Origin: Lama guanicoe
Lineage: Eukaryota
Reading direction: 5' to 3'
Length of the DNA stretch: 64,000 nucleotides
Assembly (NCBI GenBank): GCA_013239625.1
Contig: MU053758.1
Location: 2,418,001 to 2,482,000, forward strand
In this document: positions 1 through 12,500 of the stretch, piece after piece
Numbering within the stretch: the first letter of the stretch is position 1
How the letters are laid out: the number at the start of each line of letters is the position of its first letter
Made by a program: the position numbers and the translations under genes
Notes under the pieces: model-generated
What the model was told of the DNA's origin: nothing
The model's input: the letters and a program-made list of their open reading frames with translations, nothing else
The model's database searches: none

Positions 1-67
1 TGGATTCTCTTCCTTCTCTCCCTCTTATCTCTTCTTCCCGGCTTGGTGCATTGGTGGCCTCCCTCAG

Positions 68-3000
68 AAGAGGAGGCCTCCCCCCACCAGGTGAGTTTCC
101 AGGGGCAGCTGGAAGGAGGCACGCCAGGGCCCTTTGTGGTGGGGGTGGATGGGATCACTTCCCAATTAACACAGGGTGCCACCCAGGAGGACATTAACGT
201 ATCAACCGGCACCTGGATGAGAGTGCCTGGTGCCAGGGTGCCTCCAGCAGATCCTCCTCTGCCCTTGTCTTTCCTCTGCTCAGACTCAGGCTGGGCTTCC
301 AGAACCCAAAGTCCTGCCCTGAGCCAGGCCACAACTACAGAGACCCTCCCAAAGCCACCAGGTAGCCTCAGCATGTGCAGCACCTGAGGGGCAGCAGTGC
401 ATGGACCCAACAGCAGAGGCTAGACCAGTGGGCCCAGGTTGCCATGGCGGGATGGAACAGAGGGAGGGTAAAGGGAAGAGGCCTCTGGGCGCCCATTTAA
501 CCCGGCACTTCCCCGGCAGAGAGCCTCAGGAGAAGGGCACCACCTCAAGTCGAAGAGATCCAACCCCTGTGCCTACACACCCCCTTCACTGAAAGGTACT
601 CTCCCCCCACCCACCAATCTGGCTGTTCCCTTGACTCCTGGAACTGGGCTGACATTGGGGGTGGGGGTGAAATGCCAAGCTTTTGTCAGTGGAGAGCGAT
701 TGTCTTGTGTATCCACCCCAATCCCTGCTTAGAGACAAGTTCTTTCTTTTTTCTTGTAAAAATGATCCAAGAGGCTGAAAAGGGTGGCGCATGGGTCTTA
801 AAATCCGGTTGAGGGGTTGAAAGAAAAGAGGTAGCTGGCCCCACATAACAAGCAGGTATCAACTTAAAGAGATTCAGCTCTGAGCCTCCTTTGCAAGCGT
901 GCGCCAGGCCACCTCCCGCTCCCCGTCCCCAAAGGGCACCTCCTTTGGGCAGCACCCCTTGCTCTCCTCTCCCATCCCTAGACATTTGCACAGGTCTGCA
1001 CACTGATGCTGCTGTTCCTGCTTTTCTTCTCTATACTAAAAGGCAAGTCATTTCTATAGCACTCATTTATCGAACACCTAGTGTATACCAGGCACCCCCT
1101 GGTGAGCACTGGACAAAATAAGAGTAAGATTTGGCCACTGCCCTCTCGGGGCCCTTCACCTCAAAGGGTTAGGGAGAGTTACAGAGGCAAGGACGTTTAA
1201 GCTTGGATTTGAAGGATGAATAGGAATTCACACCAGGCACGGAGGGTAATTCCCGGAAGAAGGAGGAAGATGTGCAAAGAGGAGCAGATGTGAAATCACC
1301 AGGGGTCTTCGGGGCCAGCCGGGAGACTGGGCTTCCAGCCGTGGAGCTGAAGGAGACACACCTGGAGGAGAAGGTGGGGCCGGTGGGGGTGTGGGGAGAG
1401 TCTCTTCCTAACTAAGCCTTAGGATGCTTTCCCATCCCCACCTCACCTCCCGGCCCGGCCCCGGCCCCGAGGCTCTTCCTGACTGGCCAGCCCTCTCCTC
1501 CCACGGAGGGAGGGAGGGAGTCCAGAAGGGTGTGCTGAGAGCTCCCTCAGGCGTGGGTTTAATGAGTTCCCAGCAACTGGCCAAGGTCTACAGGTGTACC
1601 TGCCAGCCTGCCCGCCATGGTTGGGATCAGAGAGGCCGGGAGGAGAGAAGGGCAGGGGCCCTTTCTCTTCCCCTAGGACGGGAAGATGTAGGGACAGCAA
1701 GCAGGCAATGGGTTCAGCATTTGGAAGGACTTCCTACCTGTAGGGATGTGGAGAAGGCCAGCCCCCGAAACAGGCATGAGGGAGGTGGCATCTTCTCAGG
1801 AGAGAATATAAGAAATCTCTCTCCTCTACCCAGGGCTGGGTAGGGGGCAAATGGCTGTGACAGGGAAGGAGCCCCCCTCCTTGGCCTCTTGATTGTGCGT
1901 AAGGCCCAGAGGGCTGGGGTGAAGAAGACCGGGCCAGGGTGCTTCCCAGGTGTCCTGCAATGGCCAGGACTGTGCCCCACCCCCACTGCCCCTTTGGGCT
2001 GTGATTTAAAAGGGTCTAAGTAGGGAGAGGCCAGGCAGGGGAAAGGAGCGAGGAGAGGGGTTGGGAGGCTGCTGTGGTGGGGACCTTTGAGCTTAAAAAG
2101 GGAGACTTGGAGTGGGAGGTATAGCTCAAGTGGTAGGGCACATGCCTAGCGTGCACGAGGCCCTGGGTTCAATCCCCAGTACCTCCATTAAAAAAAATTT
2201 AAATAGATAAACCTAATTACCTCCACCCACTGCCAAAAAAAAACTAAAAAGAAAAGGGAGACTTGGGGGAGTTCAGGGTCCCAGAGATGAAGCCAGAGCA
2301 AGGAGGCAGCTGGGAGGGTAAGGAGAGGTGGGGTAGACCCCAGAGAGCCCCAGGAGGCTAGAGGCAGGAGAGGAGGCACGAGGCGCGGGAGGCTCACGGG
2401 GCGTCAGCACAGGGCTGCGCACACCTATTGTCGCTGTGGCTCACGATCTGAAGAACTGAACTTTCCTCCCCCGGCTGGCTGCTCCTCGAGCTGCCACCTC
2501 CTCTCCTCCCTTTCCCCTTCCCCCAACCCTCAGCAGACCCTTCTGTACCTGGAGGGCACTATTTTGCAGGCGTCAGCCCCTTTCTGGGTAAGGGAAAGTA
2601 CTTGGCGGGGTTGGGGATTTGTAGGGGGAGAAGCCCAAGGCCCCCAAGGGACGGTGGACACTGAGTCTTGACTTGAGGGGGGCTCTCCAAGGCTGAGCTC
2701 TCACACTTGGCTCAAGGTGAAGTTTTGCCGAGTCCCCAAGGAGAGGGCAGGGCGATTTATTGCGCTTTTATTGCCTGGATAGTCTGCCCAGAGCCAGCAA
2801 GAGGCACTGGGCGGGGAGCTCGGGGCAAGGCGGGGCAGTGGGCACGCACAATGCACCCTCTGTGCCCGTCCCCGAGTTGGCAGGAGTGCAGTGCCCTGCT
2901 CCCTGCACCGGAGGTTTCCAGACTGGATCTACCCCTGGGCTTTCTGACGGAAGGGGCCGCCTGCGGACCAAGAAGTAGCTGCAGCAACCACAGCCCCTGG

Positions 3001-5765
3001 CTGTCAGCATCTGGCCTGTGGGCCTTGAATTTAGTGGCCTATATGCTCTAAAATCCCACCAGCTCCTGGCCCCCTGCTGCCTCTGCCCCAGCTACTCCTC
3101 ACAGGGTCCTCTTACCCCCTGCCATTCTCCCAGAGTCCCCCAGCCCTGGCCCCTTTCTCCTAAGCCCCCGATCCTTTCCATCTTTTGGAAATTCCTCTCC
3201 AGCTGCCCACACTGTTCCCTTCCTAGGCCCTATCCCAGCAGGCCTTGGTGGTGTTGGGGGGGTGGGTGGTGTTTGCTGCTTTCTAGGTCACCGCAAAGGG
3301 AGCTGAAGCTTGGGGATGTGGGTCAAGATTGTGGGGGCCGCGTCTGAGCCACCACATCCCTAGGCGTGGATGTCGCTGGCGGCAGACTCATGTCCTCAGT
3401 CTCAGACTTTTCCTACCTCTTAGAGCCTGGGGCAGAGGTGTGTGGAGGGGCATCTATGATGGGGCCAGGAAGTGGGGACCAAATCCAGCACGAGGTGGTA
3501 GGCGGGATCGGGGTGAGCAGTGAGCCCAAAGCATGCTGAGCACTTCCCTAGAAATGGAAAGGGACAAATCTCCTAGGGCCCAGCCCACAGGCCCTGTGCC
3601 TTCTCCCAGGGATGTAGCTGGTGGACACTGTCTCTAGTGCCAGGTCTTTGGAGAATCCAGCTCCCCAGCCAGAGAATGTTAAGCTGTTTCTGGGCCCGCC
3701 TGGTCTTGTCCAGCTTGGCACCCTGTGGTGTGGGGAGCTGCCTGTGCCAGCCTCTGGAGGACCAGCATCTTTGGACAGCTTAAAAGCCAAACAGGATCAA
3801 GAGACTACACCCCACTGCTTCTGCTCTGGTCTGGCCCCCAGCAGACTGACCCGCCACCTTTAGTTTTTGAACTAGACCCCTGAGGGGGTTAGCTCTGCCC
3901 CAGGCCCACTGGAAGGAGGCCAGGGGGCTGGGCCACATGCCTCTCCCGCCCCACGGGCTGCTTTTTGGGCTTGGCTGACCCTTGCCTTCCCGGGTCCCTC
4001 CGTGCCAGCCGTGCAGCGCATTGCCGAGTCTCACCTGCAGTCCATCAGCAACCTGAACGAGAACCAGGCCTCGGAGGAGGAGGATGAGCTGGGGGAGCTG
4101 AGGGAACTGGGCTATCCAAGAGAGGAGGAGGAGGAGGAGGAGGAGGACGAAGAGGAGGAGGAGGAGGACAGCCAGGCTGAAGTCCTGAAGGGCAGCAGGG
4201 GGTCTGGTAAGCTGAAGGGGCTGTGAAGCCTGGGTTCCCCCACCTAACCCATGGTCCTCCTTGAGTGTCCTGAGACACCCCCTCCCAGTTCACAGTTCCT
4301 CACATGTGTAAATGGCAGTCACACCACAAGGGCCTCCCCATCCTCTCACCCCACAGGATGCCTCGCACTCAGCCTTATCTGACACCTGGTCTGCTCCCAT
4401 CCTTGCCTCAGTCCTTCTCCCAATCAGGTTTCCCCCAATAATTCCTCTTTCCTAAGAATTAAGGCAAGGCCACATGAGGTTTAAGGCTAGACCTAAGAAA
4501 GGGACTTACCACCTATGGTGGTGAAGGGGTGCAAGGAGATGAGGAAGAGAGGACTAGGAGAGTCCAGTGCCCCCATTGCCTGTATTTCTGTACACAGGGA
4601 GGCAGTGAGCTGGTTGGTAAGTCCTCTCCAGGAACCCGTGGCTCTCTCTTGCCGTTTATTTCCTAGGCTGGAGGTGAGAGGGTGCCCTCTAGTGTCTAGA
4701 TGGAAAATCTAGGATTCAAGAGCCAACCTTGTCCTCTGTGCCTCCAGCCCCAGCTGCCTGGGAAAAAAGGGGCCAGGGAGGGGCCTAACACCTACCCGAA
4801 AGGCCTCAGGGCTAGAGGCCCCAGATCCAAAAATCTCCACAGAGGGTCCCAAGGCCCAGAGAATTCCTAGGCAGGAGGATCTCAGCCCCTCCCATGGCTG
4901 TTTTTTCCATGCCTGGCCACAGTCCCTCCCAGTGTGCATTGAACTTTTTGGTCCCATTACTTATGGGGATGAAAATAGGCAACCACCACTGCTTGAAGTG
5001 TCCATCCCTTGCATTCAAACAGAATGGCGTGGGCCTCCTCTCTGCACTGGCAGTAGGGGCATCAGCCATGGGGGCAAAAGCTCCAGCTGGAAGAGTTGAG
5101 TCAACTCCCCCTGAGACTCCCAGCACAAGTGAAGAGGAGGTGAAAGGAGACTGTTCCCTCAGGAAAAGCAGCAGGGCAGTGGGTCAAATGACACAATGAC
5201 CAAGGAGTAATATAGATCGCCACCACCCCGGGTGCCAGCACTGGGCTGCAGGGTGTTAACTATTATCTTATTTAAGGCAGTCAACACAATTTCCTTCTTA
5301 CCATCCCTTTCAGAGAGGTAACAAGGGACTTATATAGGTCATATGGTTAGTCATTGAAAGAGCTGTCTTAGTTCAGTGCTCTCTCCACTACACCATGATG
5401 CCCTCAGAAAGCTTAACATCAACCATCTGACAGACTCAGCTCATGTTCCAGAACGGCCAGATGGATGCTCAGAGGCCATGTTTTAATCCTTTCTCTCCTG
5501 TCCCTAGCTGGGCAGAAGACAACTTGTGGTCAAGGTCTGGAGGGTCCCTGGGAGCACCCACCCCCTCTGGATGAGCCCCAGAGAGATGGAAGCTCTGAGG
5601 ACCAAGTGGAAGACTCAGCATTAAATGGTGAGGTTTGGGCGTGGGGGGGAGGGGAGGCAGGGCTGGGATCTTGGTGGATGTGGCCAGGCCCTAAGTCCCT
5701 CTGTTTGCCTTGCAGAGCCTAAGGAGGAGCCACAGCGCCCTGCCCACCCTGAGCCTGGCACATAG
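68..5765 (+). CDS. PPP1R1B: DARPP-32 / protein phosphatase 1 regulatory inhibitor subunit 1B, 5'-partial (exons 3-7)
   Basis: Exons 68-90, 520-595, 4009-4206, 5508-5627 and 5716-5765 (TAG 5763-5765), all AG/GT bounded and in phase. Translation: [71 protein letters not shown](E-rich)DSQAEVLK...EPGT*. It includes the Thr75 (YTPP) motif and the acidic tract. Exons 1-2 lie upstream of the window. Confidence 0.97.
2111..2251 (+). mobile_element. tRNA-derived SINE (camelid-like), full length with target-site duplication
   Basis: A-box-like TAGCTCAAGTGG, B-box-like GGGTTCAATCCC, an AT-rich middle and an A-rich tail. A perfect 15-nt direct repeat AAAAGGGAGACTTGG flanks it at 2096-2110 and 2252-2266. 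Confidence 0.9.
4121..4168 (+). repeat. (GAG)n-rich coding repeat encoding the DARPP-32 poly-Glu tract
   Basis: GAG runs interrupted by GAC GAA within PPP1R1B exon 5. Confidence 0.9.
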
Positions 5766-6491
5766 GCACCCAGCCCCGCATCTCTTGGAAGGAAGTGGAG
5801 GGGACATTGCTGTTCCCCAGAAACCCACTCTGTCTCCACCCTAGTTTTTACCCTTCCCCTCACGCGCTAGGGCTGTGGCTACTGACTTCTAGAAGACTAA
5901 GGCTGGTCTGTGTTTGCTTGTTTGCCCACCTTTGGCTAATGCCCAGAGTCCCTGGGAACTTGCTACCTGATGCCTACCCCTGCCAGTCATTTCCCCATTC
6001 ACCAAGTGGGGGATGGGATGTGAGAGAGCTTGCATTGGAAAGCCCAGTCAATGGGGACAAAGGTTCATTCTTCACAGTTCTACTCCCTCTCCCCTGGGCA
6101 CAGGAAACCACAGGGCAGGACCCTAAGATCTGGGGAAAGAGGGTACTGAGAACCTGTAACTGCCCTTAGATCCTCCATCCCCTGGGGAATTCCAAGTCAC
6201 CACCCTTCTCACTGGCTTCTACCAGGGTCCAGGATTCAGGCATCCTTTACACAGCCTCAACATTTTGGAAGTCTTCCCCTGTTACCTGCTCCCCAGCCTG
6301 GGTGCCTGGAAGATGGACTGGCAGAGGCTGCTTTGTTGCGTTTTGTTTGTGCTTTCATGCCAGGAATGCCGCCTTGTACTAAGTCTTTATGGGGGGGTGC
6401 ACGGTGGGGGAGCCAGGTTCTCCTTGTCCTCCAGCTGCTCAGCCCCCTTCCCCTCTTTCCTGACTCCAGGCCTGAACCATTCCCGTGCTGT

Positions 6492-6497
6492 AATAAA
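6492..6497 (+). terminator. PPP1R1B polyadenylation signal
   Basis: AATAAA about 730 nt after the stop codon, followed by TG/T-rich sequence. Confidence 0.85.
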
Positions 6498-6779
6498 TCT
6501 TTGTAAATAACTGTGCTGAGACTTCTCTTTCAGGGTAAAGGAGAGGGAGGAGGAGGTAACAGGATTCCCCAAGTGTCCAGTCTACGGATCTATGAGTTTT
6601 AACTGCAGACAAGCTCCAAGCCTTCTTAGGAAGGACTGCACAAGTTCTAGATCCTGCTAGGGTTGGCTGAAAGGGGTGGGGAGGAGAAGGGAGGGAGGAG
6701 TCCTTCAAGAGTAATTGAAGGGACGGTCCCCCAGTCCCACAGGCCTCGCCTCAGGAAGGCCCCCGTTTTTCCCCAACAG

Positions 6780-7350
6780 TGCCGGGCCTACGTGGCCCCG
6801 TGAGGATGATGCCTGGGCTTCTCTCCAACTCCCTCACCATTAGGGAGATACATTCCAAGCCTAGCTTCAGCTACAGCCCCAACTTCCGGTCATTGGGGGT
6901 GAGGCCCAAGGGCTTGGGGGCGGGGCTGAGGCGAAGGGGCGTGGCTGCAAGCCTACGCACGTCCCGGTTCGTTCTCGGGGGCGGACTCAGTGGCGGAAGT
7001 GGCGCCGCCGGAAGATCCCCTTCCGCTCGGAGGTGCTGCGGTGGCCCCGGACCAGACTGTTGCTGGGGCAAGGTGGAGCCAGGGCCGTAGCTGATATGGA
7101 GCAGGTGGGTCCGCGAGAGGTCACTGGGGCCGGGCAGTGGTACGAGGGCTACGTCTTGCCAGCGGATCCCGCCGCACCCGCCGGTGTCCGTTCTTGGTTC
7201 CGTCCGACCCTTCCCACACCCGCCGCGTCCCAGGTTCCGCCCCCTTCCTCTGCTCGGGTTTCTACCCAGTGCGGGACTCCGGGGTCTCCGACGCTGACCC
7301 TCCGCGGCCCCGCCCATTCGAGAGAGCCGGGAAGGACGTCCCGGGTCGTC
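6780..7350 (+). promoter_or_regulatory. STARD3 CpG-island promoter with ETS/GABP and GC-box motifs
   Basis: CpG-dense. ACTTCCGG 6882-6889, GGGGCGGGG 6917-6925, GCGGAAGT 6993-7000 and CCGGAAG 7008-7014. No TATA box seen. Confidence 0.8.
6990..7104 (+). other. STARD3: STARD3 exon 1 (5' UTR; start approximate)
   Basis: Lies in the CpG island and ends at the donor CAG|GTGGGT (GT 7105-7106). The next STARD3 exon begins at 18087. Confidence 0.75.
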
Positions 7351-7759
7351 CCCCAAAATGTTTCTCTTGGCTCTTAGAGGGGAAGCGAGAGGATGGTATC
7401 TGGGTTTTAAAGGGCTGGAGTTGGGTCTGGGGAGGAGTCAGGGTTTGAGAATGAGGAGGGAAAATATCTACAAGTTCCTGTTGTTCTGCGTCTGTCATCC
7501 GGTTTTCCTCAACTTCCTTTGGAAAAGGCAGTGAATGACTTCCTAATTGACATCAAAAGGGCCCTTTAAAGTGTCTTTCATGAGTTATTAGAGGTGCAGA
7601 AGACCAGTGACCTCCTTCCTAATTGATGTAATTGACACGTGCCCTCCTTCCCCTTTTTTGACTTCCTCCGCGTCAGCATCCGCTTATTTTCTCCTGCTCC
7701 TGACTGTGCAAGTACCGTGTCACATACTCCTCTCCTGCCCAGCTCCTCACTCTGTACGC

Positions 7760-8340
7760 TGAATCTGGATGGTCTCATCTCTCTCATGGCTTTAGATTTA
7801 CACCACCTAAACACCCGAAACGCGCCCAGATCTACATCTTAAGCGCAGCCCCTCCTACTACCGGTTGGACAGCTCCACTTCAGCTGGAGCTCTCCTCCAT
7901 CTAAACTTAAAATGCTTTTCCCCTCTGCAGATTCAGTCTTTCTCTGCTACCCCACCCCAGTCAGAAACCTGACAGTTATCTTCTACTTCCTCTTCTTCCA
8001 CAATTCCCATATTTAAGAGGTGACCTAGTCCAACTAATTTCCTGAACATGCTTCATGCTGGTCCCGTGCTTCCATCTCTTCTGTTACCACCCTTGATGTG
8101 TTTCTCACCAGGATGACTGCAACGGCTTCCCAATCATAGCAACTTCCAATCATGGCTGTCTGCGACCCAGTCTCCAAACTGTAACTCTTGTGATCCTTTA
8201 GAAACATGTCTCATAGTTTCATAATGTCACTTTCTTGCTTAAACCCCTTTGATGTTTTCCCATCACCTATGGGAAAGGATGAATCTTTAGCAAAATTTAC
8301 AGAGCTCTTTATGATCTGACCTCTTCCCTACAGGTCTCCT
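7760..8340 (+). mobile_element. L2 LINE remnant (boundaries approximate)
   Basis: Degenerate pyrimidine-rich L2-like motifs recognised by eye, e.g. CAGAAACCTGACAGTTATCTT and ATGTCACTTTCTTGCTTAAACCC. Confidence 0.5.
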
Positions 8341-8592
8341 GTGTGTATTCTGAGGTCCTACAATATGGCCCGGCAGGATGCAGTTGCCCACACCTTGCTG
8401 TTTTGTGTCCCTCTGCCTTTGCACACACCAGCCCCACTGCTGGGAAAGCCCCTTCTCTCATCTGCCGGGCTACCTTCTACTTGTCCTTCAGTGCTCTGCT
8501 CAGGCAGCGTCCCATCTCTATATCACCTTTCCCCCACCTTCCCAAGGCTAAATATTATCCCATCTGAGTCCCTGCAGCATCCTGTCCATAAT

Positions 8593-8813
8593 AGCATAGT
8601 GATTAAGAATACAGACTTCTGAATCAGACTTTCTGGGTTCTGATACTGTTTTGTGACTTTGATGAAGTCAGTGCCTCAGTTTCCTCATTGGTCAAGTGGA
8701 GATAGTAATGTGCTTACCTGACAGAGTTATTGTGAGGATTAAATAAAATAATGTATGTATAGGGCTTAAAACAGTGAGCACATCAGTGCTCCATAAGTAA
8801 ATGTTAGCTATTA
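8593..8813 (+). mobile_element. MIR SINE
   Basis: MIR core GTGCCTCAGTTTCCTCAT...GAGTTATTGTGAGGATTAAAT...GTTAGCTATTA. Confidence 0.8.
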
Positions 8814-9949
8814 CCTTTTATAGAAGAATAATATAGAACAGTGGTTATGACTTGTAATGTTACAAGCTGCTTGAGGACAGTTGATGCAGCTTATTTCTCA
8901 TTCTGTCCCAGAGCCCCAAACCCTGGCTCTTTGCCAATAAATAAAATTCTGGGGCAGAGGGCATTGGGGACAGAATCTGGATTTGTTGAGTGAGGACTCA
9001 GAAAGGTGAAAGACCCAGAACCAGTATCAGTCTGCTCAGGAAATGAATCTGGAAATGGATAAATGATACACGGCAAACATTAATTCTAGACCTCTGGGAA
9101 CCCAAGGGAGAGAAAGGCCAAGGATGGCTTCCCAGAGGAGCTGACTGTTCGTGAGGGGCCTTAGAGTAAGAGAATGAGTTTACCAGAGGTGGTTAGAGAT
9201 CAGGGTGGGCTGAGAGAATGTAGAGCTCTTGCAGGGGGGGGCTGAAGTGGACAGGAGAGCAGAGGCAGTCCCTTCTGCTCAGGTTGGTGATTTCTTTCCT
9301 CCTCTGGCCATGAGGAAGTGTCCCCTTGGATTAGGAGCCTGCAGGGCCCATGCCCTGGGGAGCCTAGAGGCCTGGTACCCGGTGTTTGGGGGCAAGCCCC
9401 TGGGGTAGGATCAGCACACATACCTGCGGGCTGGGCATGTGCTTTAAGCCAGAGTCTGGGCCTTTGTTCATGCCTGGAATGCCCATCTTCCTCGCCACCA
9501 GCTCATAGATGTGAATTCTTCAAGGCCTGGGTCATAAGGCTTCTTCTCACTGTGGCTTTCCTGACCTCACCCACTCCAGCCTGGATCAGATGCTCCCTTC
9601 TCTGTGAGCCCACGATCCTTTGTTCTGTCCTCCCTGAAAGTGCTGATCACAGCGTGGCACTGTGTGCTGTTTATCTGTCAGCCTCCCCCACCCGACCCGG
9701 AGCCTCTGAATATCCATCCCCTGGACCAGCACAGTGTCTGGCACACCATAGGCTCTAAGCTCACGTGCTGCATTAAACTGAGCTCTCCTCACACCTAAAC
9801 TTGTTTAGGGGAGGGAGTGCAGTTGAGACCAAAAATCCTGTACATTTGTTCCATTGAATGGTAGAAAGTGTTGGCTCCATTTTACAAACGAGAACACTGA
9901 GGCATGGGAGGTAAACTCAAGTGTACTCTGCAGGAACTGAAAGAATTGT

Positions 9950-10030
9950 TGACGCAACATTGTAAAATGATTATAAATCAATAAAAAATGTTTAAAAAAA
10001 ATAATTGTTAGAGAGCCAAAAAAAAAAAAA
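9950..10030 (+). mobile_element. Severely 5'-truncated L1 3' end with target-site duplication, inside a MIR remnant
   Basis: TGACGCAACATTGTAAAATGATTATAAATCAATAAA followed by A tails. The direct repeat AAAGAATTGT flanks it at 9940-9949 and 10031-10040. Confidence 0.7.
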
Positions 10031-10964
10031 AAAGAATTGTCTCCTGACTCCGGGTCCACAGTTGTGTCCTAGAAACTTAGGATCCCAGCCCCCAAAGGGG
10101 CAGCTGCCACATCAGTGTTGTGAACAAGGAACAAGGAAGGCATCCCATTAGGCCAGTTGTGTGTCCCTCTGAACTTCTTCTGCCTGGGAAGAGGCTGTTC
10201 CTAACTTTTGTCTGGTCAGGGCTGGTGGTGGGAGGAGTCTTGCTGAACCGCCCCACCCCTGAGGGCCCTTCCCTTGAGTAGGCTGATACGACTGAGATCT
10301 CCCTGGAAGATGACTGGCCTTTCCAGACTGACTTTGAGAAGTGACCTCATTCGCCCAGTTTTACCCAACAGCACTAAGAGTTGGGTTGGGCCCTGACTCA
10401 TCAGCCCTTGCGTAGGCCAGGGGTCGTAGAATCACATAGCTGGGGGTATCTCCAACATTTAACAGGGCCTGGCATGTGGAGAGGGCAGGAGGGCTGAGCG
10501 GATCTCAGTTTGTTATGATTTTCCAGTAAGCTGTACTGTCAGAACCTCTTGGATGGGGAGGGGAGTGTATACTGTTGAATATAGTTTCTGTTTTGACTTG
10601 ACTCTGCTCTCTCCACTTCCCCAGAAGGAAGGGAGAAACAGCCCGGTTTGGGCTTTGAGATCTTATTTGTCACTGCTGCCGTGTCCTCTCTTTAAATTCC
10701 CACTTTTCCAGGGATGTCCCAAGCCCTCCGGGTGGGGCGGAGTAGGGGCCAGTAAGCCAGCTATGCCAAGGCTGATGGTGTGGGCCACTGAGTCCTGAAT
10801 TACAGGAGAGCCTACTTTGTGCCATCCCAGATCAGCTCCCTGAGGCCAGAGCCCGTCCTTCTGCCCAGCAGTGCTGATGGGACCCTCCACTGGGGCAGAG
10901 TGCCAGGGCCCTGCCTTGACCGCTGTACCATGGCCCCTAGTAGTAGCAAATGCTACTCTTAATT

Positions 10965-11145
10965 AAACACAGGCACGTTGCAAGCGTTATTTCTAATCCT
11001 TTCAATGGTTCTGTGAAGTGGACACTCTACTGCCCCCATTTTACAGATGAGGAGACTGAGGTTCAGAGAGACTCAGTGATTTAGTCAAGGGCACACAGCC
11101 TAATAAAGAATGGCCTTGAGCTTTTGATTCCAGGTCTGCTGACTA
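10965..11145 (-). mobile_element. MIR SINE
   Basis: Reverse MIR core CCCCATTTTACAGATGAGGAGACTGAGGTTCAGAGA. Confidence 0.8.
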
Positions 11146-11829
11146 GCCCCCAAACCCACACCCTTTCCCTTGTTCCAGGTGGACACTACAAATCCACAGG
11201 CCAGTGAACCTACTGGATGTGGTCCATGCGTGGCCACACACTGACTTGGGCCTCAAAGGCTCGAGGAGAGATGACTTTAAGAGTCAAGTATGGGAAGGGA
11301 AGTGCTGAGCCAGATCTGGGCTTGGGGAAGCCTGAGGCTGAGGGTGAGGTTTGCCCAGGACTTTTGAATTGATCTTTGAAGAGTCGGGGTTCCTCTCAAT
11401 GAGAGGCAGTCATTCCAAAATGAGGAAACAGAGGGCCTGGATACCCAGAAGGGGGACCAGCCAGCCATGGTGTGTCCTGGGAGCGGCCAGTGAGCTGGAG
11501 AGTATTGGGGGCGGGGTAGCAACCGCATAGCAGGAGAGGAGTGTGGGGACCCTCACTCTCTGAGGGATTTAACTCACCTCTAGTCCTCCCCCAGCAAGTC
11601 GGGGCTCAGGGAAGAGGAGGGGAGCAGCCACCCTGCCTGCAGGTGCCCAGGAAACCAGTCCTTGCCGACTGCGGGAGGAGTTGCCTGGGCTCTGGGCAGT
11701 GCAAGCCACCAATAGATGGTAGAGTCCAGCTCCAGGAGAGGCTGCCTGAACAGGTAGGGCCACTCCTTCAGGGCTGTGTGTGTGTGTACACCTGTGCACG
11801 TGATGCTGCAGGAAAGGGTGGAAACAGTC

Positions 11830-12500
11830 GTTCAACACATTTCCTGAATATTTACTGTGAACCTGGTACCATGCTGGGTACTGGGCATGCAGCAGTGAGC
11901 AGAGCATGGGGAGTCCCTATTCCAGTGGGAGAAGGCAGGCAGTAAACACAGACCAGTAAACATGTAATATGTCTAGGGTGATAAGAGCTGTGAAGAAGAA
12001 TTAAGTGGGGTAAGAGGATGGAGGGTGGGGCTAAATAGGGAATTCAGGGAAGGCCTCACCAAAGGGACCAGAGTGACTAGAATGGAGGGAGGAAACATTG
12101 CAGAAACCTAGGGGAGGAACTCGGGACAGGACAGCAGGTTCAAAGGTCCTGGGGTAGGAGCATGCTGGATGTGTTCAGGGAACAGTGAGGGACCAGTGTG
12201 GCTGTAGCAGAGCTTTCCAGGTGAAGAGGAGGCTTGTAGGCCAGGGTGGGACTTTGGCCTTTACACTGGGTGAGCTGGAACCATTGGAGGTTTGGGTCCT
12301 TGGGGAGATGTGGTCTGCTATTTACCAGGGTCCTTCTCGCTGCTGCATTGAGAATAGACTTGGGACAAGGACAAGGAATAGTTCAGGAAGCAGGAGCCAG
12401 TGAGAGATGATGGCTCAGGCAGGGTGAGGGTAGTGGTGAGCAGCGGCAGATACTGGCTGGATTTTGAAGGATTTGTTGGTGGTTTGGATGTGGAGAGGAG
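11830..12500 (-). mobile_element. L2 LINE remnant (3' end, reverse orientation)
   Basis: TTCAACACATTTCCTGAATATTTACTGTG...CTGGGTACTGGGCATGCAGCAGTGAGCA, followed by purine-rich L2-like body. Confidence 0.65.

Noticed and set aside
2111..2186. Possible tRNA gene
   Set aside because: It has A and B boxes but continues into an AT-rich body and A tail flanked by a 15-nt target-site duplication, so it is a SINE.
2401..2420. REST/RE1 site in the PPP1R1B intron
   Set aside because: Only TCAGCAC matches; the GGACAG right half is absent.
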